A stretch of 64,000 nt of DNA, from contig JBBRSP010000004.1 of the NCBI GenBank assembly GCA_038245295.1, positions 1-64,000 of the forward strand. The letters are read 5' to 3'. Positions 41,276 through 49,951 of the stretch are shown here, piece by piece. Within the stretch, counting starts at the first letter, position 1; each line of letters starts with the position of its first letter. The notes below the pieces were generated by a model that saw only the letters and a program-made list of their open reading frames with translations, had not been told where the DNA came from and did no database searches. This DNA comes from Candidatus Binatia bacterium (GTDB taxonomy: Bacteria > Desulfobacterota > Binatia > HRBIN30). The position numbers and the translations under genes were made by a program.

Positions 41276-41665
41276 TTAAACACGACGCCCATCGCGCAGA
41301 AGTCGCTCCATCTTCTCCCGCACCACGTTGGGGTCAACGATCGGCTTGGCCACATAGTCGTCGCAACCGGCCGCAAGCGCCTTCTGCTCATCTCCTGCCA
41401 TCGCCTGGGCCGTAAGAGCAATGATCGGAATGGAGCGCCCGATAGCGCTCTCGCGGATCCTTTTCGTCGCCTCCCAACCATCCATCACCGGCATCTTCAG
41501 GTCCATGAAGATCAGGTCGGGGGACTCGCGTTCGGTCGCATTGACCGCCTCTAGACCGTTGTCGGCCTCGATAATGTCAAACTCACCGATCCGACGAAGC
41601 CGGTAGACAAGGATCCGCCGGTTATCGATGTTGTCCTCAACGACGAGGATCTTCTTCTTGCTCAT
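41276..41665 (-). CDS. Single-domain response regulator (DivK/CheY-like)
   Basis: ILVVEDN, MDLKMPVMDG, ALTAQAM, GCDDYVAKP. Confidence 0.92.
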   Translation of the reverse strand: MSKKKILVVEDNIDNRRILVYRLRRIGEFDIIEADNGLEAVNATERESPDLIFMDLKMPVMDGWEATKRIRESAIGRSIPIIALTAQAMAGDEQKALAAGCDDYVAKPIVDPNVVREKMERLLRDGRRV

Positions 41666-41690
41666 GCATCATCATCCGTCGCGCCGCGCC

Positions 41691-41729
41691 AAAATAAAAG
41701 GGGGCCGGTCAAATTGATGACCGACCCCC
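41691..41729 (-). terminator. Rho-independent terminator of the paralog operon
   Basis: Minus strand GGGGGTCGGTCA-tcaatt-TGACCGGCCCCC followed by TTTTATTTT. Confidence 0.85.
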
Positions 41730-41784
41730 GTGATTTGTTGCTCTGGCGGCGTGGCCCCCGTCTCGGTGACCGCTCCGCTCTATC

Positions 41785-43116
41785 TCACGGAGTACCTTGT
41801 GCGACGTAACGAACAAAGTCTCCGCGGCCGGCATTCGTACCGACGTAGTTGACGTTGAAGGCGGACGATTTCCGCGTAGCCTCGCTCGTACGGAACTCTT
41901 CGGCAATCGCGAGAACGCCATGACCGGCATCCGTCTCGCTGCCGGGGACGGTGCGAATACGGGTCTGCCCCGTCAGCGTTCCCTGCACCGCAACGTTGAA
42001 GATCGAGGTTGCTTCCTGTCCAGGGAAACGGTCGATGTTGGACAACCCGACTTCACGGAAACACTGTACTCGAGTGCTCGCGGAGAATCGTTGTTCGAAC
42101 TCATTGAACACCAACAACTGCAACGAATCGACGATCTGATCGCGGCCGTTCTCGAAGTTCTCCGTGCAAGGCACGAAGGTAACTTCCGTGTTCACAGTCG
42201 TTCCAGGGCTGACAGTCGCCGAATCGAAGAAGTGATCGAGGATTAGGACCGACGGACACTGGGCGTATTCCGCCACCGGGCACTCGGCCGAACCGGTTGT
42301 TGCCCCAAGGCACAACGTGGTGTCCGCCTGAGTCGCGCTGTTCGACGAGACAGCCTGAATCCCGATCGCGTTGTAGGCGCGCACGTCGACGTTGGTCTGG
42401 TTCACGTCGTAGATCGCCGCTTCGCCGATCAGGTCGTTGCGATTGACGGGGAGCAGGGTGAGGACGCCGTCAACCTGGATACACTTCAGCTCGCCAACGA
42501 AGACACCCGGGCGGGCTGGAACCTCGCCGAGGGGCGGGCTCAAGCTGACGCAGGTACCACCGCCGGGGCAGTCCAACGGCGGACCACCGAGCACGTCGCA
42601 TTCCTGCCCCGTGCGATCTCCGCCGGAGCAGATGCCATCCCGCGTCAGGCCGCTGCTGGCTAGCCAGCCAATCGGCTGATTCGGGGTTAGTGTGACGTCG
42701 AAGTCAACTGCGCCCCAATCGGGATCACACGTTGCGCCGTTGGTGCAGTCGTTGTTGTCCCGACAAACACCCGTGATCGGGTCGATTCTGCTGATGCCGG
42801 TCGTGCAACGCGGTGTCGCGTCCACATAGTAGCAGTGGGCCGAGCGCTGCGTGGAATCGGTGTTCGTTAGCTGGATCAGGGTGTCCCGTGGAATTCCGTT
42901 GCTCAGAACACCAGCAGGGTCCGAGACCACTTTGGGAAACATAATGAGACCGGCCGCATGGTCAGACGAGACGAGCGCCGGCGTGGGGACCTGCGCTCCC
43001 GCGATGCCGGTCGTCAGGAGACCGGCAGCCAAGGCCACCCCGCCGATCCATCGATGCAAGGTTGCTCCAGAAGCCATCAGCTTTCTCCCTTGGTTCATGC
43101 TTTCGTTGCGCACCAT
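41785..43116 (-). CDS. Secreted Cys-rich surface protein, paralog 4 of 4
   Basis: Signal peptide; FPKVV, RDTLIQLTN, HCYY, GELKC, YNAI, FVPC, NEFEQRFS; alternative start 43077. Confidence 0.85.
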   Translation of the reverse strand: MVRNESMNQGRKLMASGATLHRWIGGVALAAGLLTTGIAGAQVPTPALVSSDHAAGLIMFPKVVSDPAGVLSNGIPRDTLIQLTNTDSTQRSAHCYYVDATPRCTTGISRIDPITGVCRDNNDCTNGATCDPDWGAVDFDVTLTPNQPIGWLASSGLTRDGICSGGDRTGQECDVLGGPPLDCPGGGTCVSLSPPLGEVPARPGVFVGELKCIQVDGVLTLLPVNRNDLIGEAAIYDVNQTNVDVRAYNAIGIQAVSSNSATQADTTLCLGATTGSAECPVAEYAQCPSVLILDHFFDSATVSPGTTVNTEVTFVPCTENFENGRDQIVDSLQLLVFNEFEQRFSASTRVQCFREVGLSNIDRFPGQEATSIFNVAVQGTLTGQTRIRTVPGSETDAGHGVLAIAEEFRTSEATRKSSAFNVNYVGTNAGRGDFVRYVAQGTP

Positions 43117-43135
43117 GGGTTTCACCTCACCCCTG

Positions 43136-44248
43136 CTACGGCAGCGTGATGCGGGCGTTTGCACCCGTGCGCTCGACGTGCAAGTTGGTTGCCGCCGCCG
43201 CAACGTTGCCGGCGCTATCCGAGCTGAAGCGCTCGGCGATACCGACAACTGGGTGGGACGCGTCAATCCGCACATTGGCAAACAGCGTGTTGATGCCACC
43301 GCCAGGGAGTAGACTGGATCGCATGGTCGAGATGTCCCCGATATTGAAGCTCGTCCAACAAGAGAACGACTCCGGCACGCCACCGCTGAGTTGCGTCTCA
43401 AACTCATCCCACACGGTGAACTGTAAGGTCGTGGTCGCTGTCGTGCCGTTGCGCAGATCCAGGCTGCACGGAACGAACGTCAGGTTCGTCACGACGCTGC
43501 TACTCGGTGGACAGGTTCCGCCGCTGCAATCGCTGGCAGTCGTACAGATGGCACCTGGGGTCGCACCGCCGACGCAGAGGCCAGCGGCGCCATAGGCGCT
43601 GATCGCCGGGTCAAACGATCCGTCCGGGATCGCTTCGAGGCGCAGGGCCGCCGGACAGCTCCCGTACTCCGTGTTGTTCAGGTCCAGGTTACTTGGATTG
43701 TTGTCCTGCGTGAGAGCCGGGACAGCTACCGCATTGTACTGACTGACGTCGCCGCCGATGTTTGAGGTGAGGACTGCCTCGCCTTTCAGGCGGTTGTTCG
43801 AAATCGGAGTACCGTTTACGTCAACTTCATAACAAACGAGCGAGCCGGTAAACGGAGTCGGCACCGGCGGGATTAGACCCGGATCGAAGCCAGTGCCGTC
43901 GGCACCGAATGGTTCGCCTTGGATCGTTCCGCGCCCAGACCCGACCGTCCAATGGGTCGGTTGTTGGCGGGTAAGGGTGAGGTCGAAATCCACCTCAGAG
44001 CAAAGGGGAGCACCAGAGCGGCCGGGCGCACCGTTTACGTAGAAGCAGTGGACGTGCTCGACCAGGTTGTTGGTATTGGTGAGCTTGATGGTGGTATCCC
44101 GAGTGCCATCGCGGACAACCTTCGGGAAGATCAGAATGGATCCCGGTCGCTCGGTGTAAACATCCGCTCGCGCGGCACCGACGACGACCAGAGATCCGAC
44201 GAGTGCACCTAGCAGCCAGCCGGCGCGCACGCCTTGGATCGTCCTCAT
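43136..44248 (-). CDS. Secreted Cys-rich surface protein, paralog 3 of 4
   Basis: AGGAGG RBS; signal ending AARA; PGSILIFPKVV, RDT, HCFYVN, DEFET. Confidence 0.85.
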   Translation of the reverse strand: MRTIQGVRAGWLLGALVGSLVVVGAARADVYTERPGSILIFPKVVRDGTRDTTIKLTNTNNLVEHVHCFYVNGAPGRSGAPLCSEVDFDLTLTRQQPTHWTVGSGRGTIQGEPFGADGTGFDPGLIPPVPTPFTGSLVCYEVDVNGTPISNNRLKGEAVLTSNIGGDVSQYNAVAVPALTQDNNPSNLDLNNTEYGSCPAALRLEAIPDGSFDPAISAYGAAGLCVGGATPGAICTTASDCSGGTCPPSSSVVTNLTFVPCSLDLRNGTTATTTLQFTVWDEFETQLSGGVPESFSCWTSFNIGDISTMRSSLLPGGGINTLFANVRIDASHPVVGIAERFSSDSAGNVAAAATNLHVERTGANARITLP

Positions 44249-44308
44249 GAGCCTCCTCCTTCGTCGCGTTTGAGACATGTGAGTCGTCTGGGTCAAGATC
44301 GACCTGCG

Positions 44309-45580
44309 CTACGGAAGGGTGATGAGATCTACCGTACTCGCTGCGGCACCCAGCTGGTGAATGTTGTACGCCGCACTGGTTCCGTCGCTCGTCGTGAGAC
44401 GCGCAACACCGAGTAAGCCGCGGCCGGTAGCTGACGTTCCAACGCCGCGAATACGCGTCTGGCCGGCGATCGTCCCTGCGACACCCGCGCTGAAGATCGA
44501 CCGCGCATTGTTGCGTGTGTCGATGTTCGAGATTTGCGTGTCGAGGAGACAATCAACCTTGCGGCTCGTTGAGAAGCGCTGCTCAAACTCGTTGAATACG
44601 AGGAACTGAGCGGTCGCGTCGCCAGGATCCTGGCTAAGGAAGTTGTTTCCGCACGGGATGAGAGTCAACTCTGTAGACGTGGTGGCGTTGGTGCTAGAGA
44701 GCGGGTCGATTGCGCCATCAAACAGGTGGTCGACGACGAGAGTATTCGGGCAACCTTCGTATTCCTGGTTGGCGAGGCTCTCGGGAATCGGCGGACGGGC
44801 GACCTGGGTAGTGTCGAGAGCAACACCGAGCTGCAAGATGTCAGTGCCGTTCGGCGCGATCGCGTTGCCTGTGGCCGCGAGGCCAACTGCATTGTACTTG
44901 GCAACGTCGAGGACGGGACCGCTGCTCAAGAAGGTGGCGTGGCCAGTGAACGCATTGCGTGTGGCGGACTGGTCCGGCACCGCAGGGTTGGCCGACGGGT
45001 CGAACTGGATGCAGACGAGGGCGCCGCGGAATGGATCTTCCGGCACCGGCGGGATGCCGCTACCGAGATTGCTCTGTCCCGTGTTGCAGCCCACCGCTCC
45101 GCAACCGAAGGTGCAGGGGATGTTGCTCAGCGGATTGTTGCAGAAGAACGGGCCTTCGATCGGGAAGTCGCCACGGTGCAAGCCGCCGCTGGCGTACCAC
45201 GCGAGCGGCTGCGAGCGGGTGAGGTAGATGTTGAAGTCGATCTCGGCCCAGCCTGGCGTGCAAGCAAACCCGCCGCAATCGGTCGCATCGGAGCAGACCT
45301 GCGCCGGATTGTTCGAACAGTGGCTGTTGGCGTTGATGTAGAAGCAGTGAGCCTGCTTCGCGGTCGACGTTGCCTGGTTCGTGAGTTCCAGCAACGTGTC
45401 GGTCGGTTCGGTGGTGTAGACCGCAGCGCTCGTGTCGACGATGATCTTCGGCCACACGATGATTGACGCGGGTCGGTCGCTGGTGCTCAACGCACTCGCA
45501 GAATGCGCCAACACCATCGCCACGGCTGCCCCCGTAAGGGCCGTCAAGGCGCGATAGGCGTTTTGCTTCGTCTTGCCCAT
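44309..45580 (-). CDS. Secreted Cys-rich surface protein, paralog 2 of 4
   Basis: AAAGGAG RBS; signal ending SASA; PASIIVWPKII, HCFYIN, NEFEQRFS. Confidence 0.85.
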   Translation of the reverse strand: MGKTKQNAYRALTALTGAAVAMVLAHSASALSTSDRPASIIVWPKIIVDTSAAVYTTEPTDTLLELTNQATSTAKQAHCFYINANSHCSNNPAQVCSDATDCGGFACTPGWAEIDFNIYLTRSQPLAWYASGGLHRGDFPIEGPFFCNNPLSNIPCTFGCGAVGCNTGQSNLGSGIPPVPEDPFRGALVCIQFDPSANPAVPDQSATRNAFTGHATFLSSGPVLDVAKYNAVGLAATGNAIAPNGTDILQLGVALDTTQVARPPIPESLANQEYEGCPNTLVVDHLFDGAIDPLSSTNATTSTELTLIPCGNNFLSQDPGDATAQFLVFNEFEQRFSTSRKVDCLLDTQISNIDTRNNARSIFSAGVAGTIAGQTRIRGVGTSATGRGLLGVARLTTSDGTSAAYNIHQLGAAASTVDLITLP

Positions 45581-45647
45581 TGCCCGTCTCCTTTCACTTC
45601 TCATTGCAGGCGTCGATTGTGTCATGACTAGAATTTCCTGCTCCAAA

Positions 45648-46961
45648 TCACGGACCAACGCCCGCCGGCAGGACGATGATGTCTGGGTTGGTTCGGGCGC
45701 CGATGGCGTGAGCGTTCACTGCGGCGGTGGCTGTTTGGTTCCCGAGGGTGTGGAACTCTTCAGCGACACCCAGGATACCGGAGGACGGGCGACAGCCGAG
45801 CGGACCATTGCCGTTCGAGGAAAGGATTCCGGCTCCGCAATCCAGGTCGGTCGTGCAGACAGCTCCACGGTTTGCGCCCGTCAGGCAGCGCAGCGTATTG
45901 GTGGGCGTGACACGAATATTGAGGAGGTTTGTCCCCAGAGTAGCGAGGAAGTTTTGAGATCCGGGTTGCGGGATGTCGGCAAGGCGACGGGTGAAGTGGC
46001 AGTCGAAGTTAACGGCGTCAGCACTGAGCGGTTGCTCAAATTCGTTGACAACATTGAACCCGACTCCGACCGGCGTGGCCCCCAACTCGAGCATTTCGGT
46101 GCAGGGCACGAGAGTGAGCTCAGTGCTCACGGTGGCGCCGGTGAACGCATCGACAGCACCCTCGGCGTACGTGGTGAACGCGATGCTGGCTGGGCAGACG
46201 TTGTACTCGCCACCCTGGCCGGCATAGTCGAGGAGCAGATCAAGGTCGCCATTGTTGCCGCCGTTGGCGGCAGCGTTGCCTGTGATGGTCAGCGCGTTGT
46301 ACTCGCTCTTCTGGCCCGTGGCGGTGGCTTCGATGAGAGCCTCACCCTTGAGCTGGTTGCCTGCGAAGGGAGTGTCGCCGTCCTGTTGAACCTGGACGCA
46401 CTTGAGCTCGCCGACGAAGTCAGTACCAACTGGGAGCGGGGTCCAACGCGTCCCCTGCACTCCGGTCTCCAGACCTGGGCAGGCCTGAGGATCCGTTGGC
46501 GAGGGATTCGGTCCAACTTGCACGGTCTGGCACTGGCAGGGCTGACCGACGCGGCAAGAAGGATCCATGGAAGCGTAACGACCTGTCGAGGCGCGCCACA
46601 TGGTTGGCTGCTGCGCCGTGAGGATCAGGTCGAAATCCTGGCTGTTGCACGAGCGTGCACAGGTCTGACCTGCAGCGCAGTCCTGATCGAGATTACATGC
46701 CTGAGCCGTTTCCACACCGTTCTGCGCACATCGCCCCGTCCCGTTGACGTAGAAGCAGTGCACGTACGTCTGCAGATTCGAAGTGGTGCTCAAGGTTACG
46801 AGAGTGTCGCGCGTACCGTCCGACACAATCTTTGGATAGATCACCACTGACCCCGGCATGTCTGTTGTGACATCCGCTCGGGCCTGCCCCACATTGAGGA
46901 TCAAGGCAGCGAGCAGTACCCCCAGGCCAGACAGCCAAGGACTCCGCTTAAACCCACGCAT
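45648..46961 (-). CDS. Secreted Cys-rich surface protein, paralog 1 of 4
   Basis: AAAGGAGG RBS; signal ending QARA; PGSVVIYPKIV, HCFYVN, GELKC, NEFEQ. Confidence 0.85.
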   Translation of the reverse strand: MRGFKRSPWLSGLGVLLAALILNVGQARADVTTDMPGSVVIYPKIVSDGTRDTLVTLSTTSNLQTYVHCFYVNGTGRCAQNGVETAQACNLDQDCAAGQTCARSCNSQDFDLILTAQQPTMWRASTGRYASMDPSCRVGQPCQCQTVQVGPNPSPTDPQACPGLETGVQGTRWTPLPVGTDFVGELKCVQVQQDGDTPFAGNQLKGEALIEATATGQKSEYNALTITGNAAANGGNNGDLDLLLDYAGQGGEYNVCPASIAFTTYAEGAVDAFTGATVSTELTLVPCTEMLELGATPVGVGFNVVNEFEQPLSADAVNFDCHFTRRLADIPQPGSQNFLATLGTNLLNIRVTPTNTLRCLTGANRGAVCTTDLDCGAGILSSNGNGPLGCRPSSGILGVAEEFHTLGNQTATAAVNAHAIGARTNPDIIVLPAGVGP

Positions 46962-47043
46962 TGCACGCCTCCTTTCGGTCACTCCAGCGCATGAAAATTC
47001 TCCAATAGGGATCTACGAACGATCCCGGCGAAATCGCATCGCG

Positions 47044-47126
47044 TCTATGGCCTATTCACTTCGGACAGTCAAGAACTTACCAAATAAGAAATGACTAAAT
47101 TGCACAGTTGGAACAGGTTGGGAACA
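47044..47126 (-). promoter_or_regulatory. Putative promoter and upstream direct repeat for the paralog operon
   Basis: TTGACT-17-CATAGA on minus strand, AT-rich upstream tract, TGTTCC(C)AAC twice at 47107-47126. Confidence 0.5.
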
Positions 47127-47148
47127 CAGTCATTGAGGCAAATGACCG

Positions 47149-49887
47149 TCACGGACTGCGACGAACGACGATCTGAACGGCGGGCCCGATGTTCTGGGCG
47201 ACGGCTTTGTCACGCACCTGGAGGGTGAGCACAGTGTCACCGGACGGAAACGCGGTATTGGCCGTCGTCACATAACAGAACTGTCGCGCCGTGGATGGTA
47301 AGCCAGGGCTGATTGCACCTTCATTGCCGTCGGCCGCGAGCGTGCAGGGATCGGCCACCGGCGAGTGCGATTCGAAGCGACAAGCGAAGTCGATTAACGC
47401 ATTGGTGACGCCGTTGCTCGGGCCGAAATCGGTCGGACTGAATCCAGGTACGCCGCCGCCCCCCTGGGCAATCGGACCGGCGTCGCAGATCGCGGTGCTG
47501 CCATTGCCGAGAGCCCGATCGGACTGCAGCTGAAAATCGGGGCGCGTCGAACCGTTGGGCGTCGGCTGAGGCACGCTGTCACCGACCGCCGCACCGCTGT
47601 TACCTGGACGCACCTCCGCGACCAACAAGAATCCGTTCGGGGCGGACACCGGAAACACCCGGCGTCCCAACCCGTCGAAAACGGGAGTCGGTGTCGGCGC
47701 GCCGGCACAGTTGCAGAATGGATCGTTGCAGAAATAGCAGCCGTTGGCGTTCACGACGCCAAAGAAGGCGACGACGGGACCCGCCAGGCTTGATGTCGGT
47801 GTCCGCGTCGGCGTCGCGGTACCTGTCGTCGAGGCGGTCCGAGTGATGGTCGGCGTTCCCGTGACAGTTGGGCTGCCGGTATCCGTCGGTTGCGCCGATT
47901 GCGTCCGCGTCACCGTTGACGTCGGGGAGCTGGTCTGGGTGCGCGTCGGCGTATCCGTCCGACTGGGTGTCGCGCTCGGTGTATCCGTCGGGAATGGCGT
48001 GGGCGTGCGCGTCCACGAGGGCGTGCCCGTAGACGACGCAGTCCGCGTCGCGGTTTGGGTCGGCGTAATCGTCGGCGTGCGGGTCCCCGTCCCGGTTGGC
48101 GTCTCGGTACGGGTCGGCGTCTGACTCGCCGTGGATGTCGGTGTCGGCGTCGACGTGGGTTCGGCGGTCTCTGTCCGCGTCCGGCTCGGAGTCGCCGTCG
48201 GCGTGTCGGTACGTGTCGCGGTGTCGGTGGGCGATGCCGTCGGCGTACGCGTCAACGATGGCGTCGCCGTTTGAGTCAGGGTGTTCGTGACTGTACGCGT
48301 GATGCTGCTCGTGAACGTCGGCGTCGACGTCCGCGTCGGAGTCTCGCTGGGCAGGCCGGTGAACGTCCAACTCGCGGTCACGGTTGCTGTCGCCGTGCGG
48401 GTCGCCGTGTCGGTGGCTGTGATGGATGGGGTACGCGTATTCGTCGGGCTCGGCGAGACGGTCATGGTCTGACTGGGCGTGCCGGTATTGGTGGCCGTCA
48501 AGGTCGGCGTGGGGGTGCGGGTCACCGTCGGCGTGATTGTCCTGGAGGCGCTCGGCAGCCCGGTCACCGTGCGCGATGGGGTGCTGGTCACCGTATCGCT
48601 GGCGGTCGGCGTTGCGCTACGCGTCGGGGTGTCGGTCGAGGTGGGCGTCGCACTCCCCGTCGGCGTCGCGGTTCGCGTGCTGGTCGGCGCCAATGAGCTT
48701 GTAGGCGTAATCGTCGGCGACAGGGTCACGCTCGGCGATCGTGTCGCCGAGGGCAGCGGCGTGAAGGTCAACGTCACGGTCGCCGACGGTGTCAGCGTGC
48801 GCGTCGCCGTTTTGCTCGGCGTCAGACTGGGGCTGGCGCTCGGGGTTGGACTCTCACTGCGGGTCGGTGAAGCACTTGGCGTTGTTGTTCGACTCGCCGA
48901 GGCCGTCCGCGTCAGAGTCACTGTCATCGTGCGGCTCGGCGTTTGTGAGATGGTTGGTGAGCTGGTCGCTGTTCCGGTCAACGTTACCGTACGCGTGACG
49001 CTCGGCGTCGCCGTGCGGCTTGGCGTCGAGGTGCGGCTTGGCGTCGCCGAGTGGGTCGGCGTCGCGGTGCGCGTATCGGTGGGCTCGGGGGTCGCCGTTG
49101 CCGTCAGCGTCATGGTCGGCGTTGGCGTAAAACTTTCGGTGGGTGACGGCGACCGGGTCGGTGTATCGGTGCGCGTTGGCGTCAGACTCGGCGACGGTGT
49201 CTCGGTTGGCGTCGCTGTCTCGCTTGGTGTGTCGGTTACCGTACGTGTCGCCGTCAAGCTGGGTGTCGCTGTGCGCGTCGACGTCTCGCTGCGCGTTGGG
49301 GTTGTCGATCGGCTCGGGGTCTCGGTTGGCGTCGCGGACAGGGTCTGCGTCGGCGAGGTGCTTGGCGTTGAGGTGATTGTCGGTATCGGCGACTCGGTTG
49401 GCGTCAACGTCGGCTCTGGCGACGGTGTGGATGACGGCTGCGCGGTGGGTGTGGCGCTAGCCTCGATCAGCGTCGCCGTGGGCGTTGGCTCCACCTCGGT
49501 CGGAGAGCTTGTTGGCTCAGCCGTCGGCGAAACGGAACTTGGTGTATCGGTCGGCGAGGGTACCGACTCGGTTGGTGTCGGCGACCCAGGGGTCGGCGTC
49601 GCGGTGTCGGGCTCGCCGAGAAGCCGGATCACCCCAACCACATCCGCCGCGCTCAGAACCTGGTCGGCATTGACGTCTGCGCCAGCACAGGTGGTACCCC
49701 GGAATATCGCGGCTCCAACCGAGATTACGTCGGCCGGCGTGCGCATCCCATCACAATCGGCATCGCCGTCGAGCCCCCACCCGACCGACGGTAAGGCCAG
49801 ACACAGGATGAACATCCTGCAGAGCCAAGTGAAGCGCCCTGGCGCTGTAGCGTTCCGGATGACTTTCACGACAACCTCTTCACGCAT
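47149..49887 (-). CDS. Giant secreted Thr/Pro-stalk protein (dockerin-like N-terminus, Cys-rich C-terminal domain)
   Basis: GDADCDG...GADVNADQVLSAAD; about 610 aa T/P/S linker; LGNGS.AICD, DFACRF; start uncertain. Confidence 0.85.
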   Translation of the reverse strand: MREEVVVKVIRNATAPGRFTWLCRMFILCLALPSVGWGLDGDADCDGMRTPADVISVGAAIFRGTTCAGADVNADQVLSAADVVGVIRLLGEPDTATPTPGSPTPTESVPSPTDTPSSVSPTAEPTSSPTEVEPTPTATLIEASATPTAQPSSTPSPEPTLTPTESPIPTITSTPSTSPTQTLSATPTETPSRSTTPTRSETSTRTATPSLTATRTVTDTPSETATPTETPSPSLTPTRTDTPTRSPSPTESFTPTPTMTLTATATPEPTDTRTATPTHSATPSRTSTPSRTATPSVTRTVTLTGTATSSPTISQTPSRTMTVTLTRTASASRTTTPSASPTRSESPTPSASPSLTPSKTATRTLTPSATVTLTFTPLPSATRSPSVTLSPTITPTSSLAPTSTRTATPTGSATPTSTDTPTRSATPTASDTVTSTPSRTVTGLPSASRTITPTVTRTPTPTLTATNTGTPSQTMTVSPSPTNTRTPSITATDTATRTATATVTASWTFTGLPSETPTRTSTPTFTSSITRTVTNTLTQTATPSLTRTPTASPTDTATRTDTPTATPSRTRTETAEPTSTPTPTSTASQTPTRTETPTGTGTRTPTITPTQTATRTASSTGTPSWTRTPTPFPTDTPSATPSRTDTPTRTQTSSPTSTVTRTQSAQPTDTGSPTVTGTPTITRTASTTGTATPTRTPTSSLAGPVVAFFGVVNANGCYFCNDPFCNCAGAPTPTPVFDGLGRRVFPVSAPNGFLLVAEVRPGNSGAAVGDSVPQPTPNGSTRPDFQLQSDRALGNGSTAICDAGPIAQGGGGVPGFSPTDFGPSNGVTNALIDFACRFESHSPVADPCTLAADGNEGAISPGLPSTARQFCYVTTANTAFPSGDTVLTLQVRDKAVAQNIGPAVQIVVRRSP

Positions 49888-49951
49888 GGGGTAGAGCCCT
49901 TTGCAACCAACCACACGAGCAATAATCCCTCATCAATCACGCCCAATCATT

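Noticed and set aside
45573..46850. 425 aa plus-strand ORF and similar long overlapping ORFs (34224-35453, 21380-22561, 19490-20593)
   Set aside because: Antisense to well-supported genes in GC-rich DNA; no motifs
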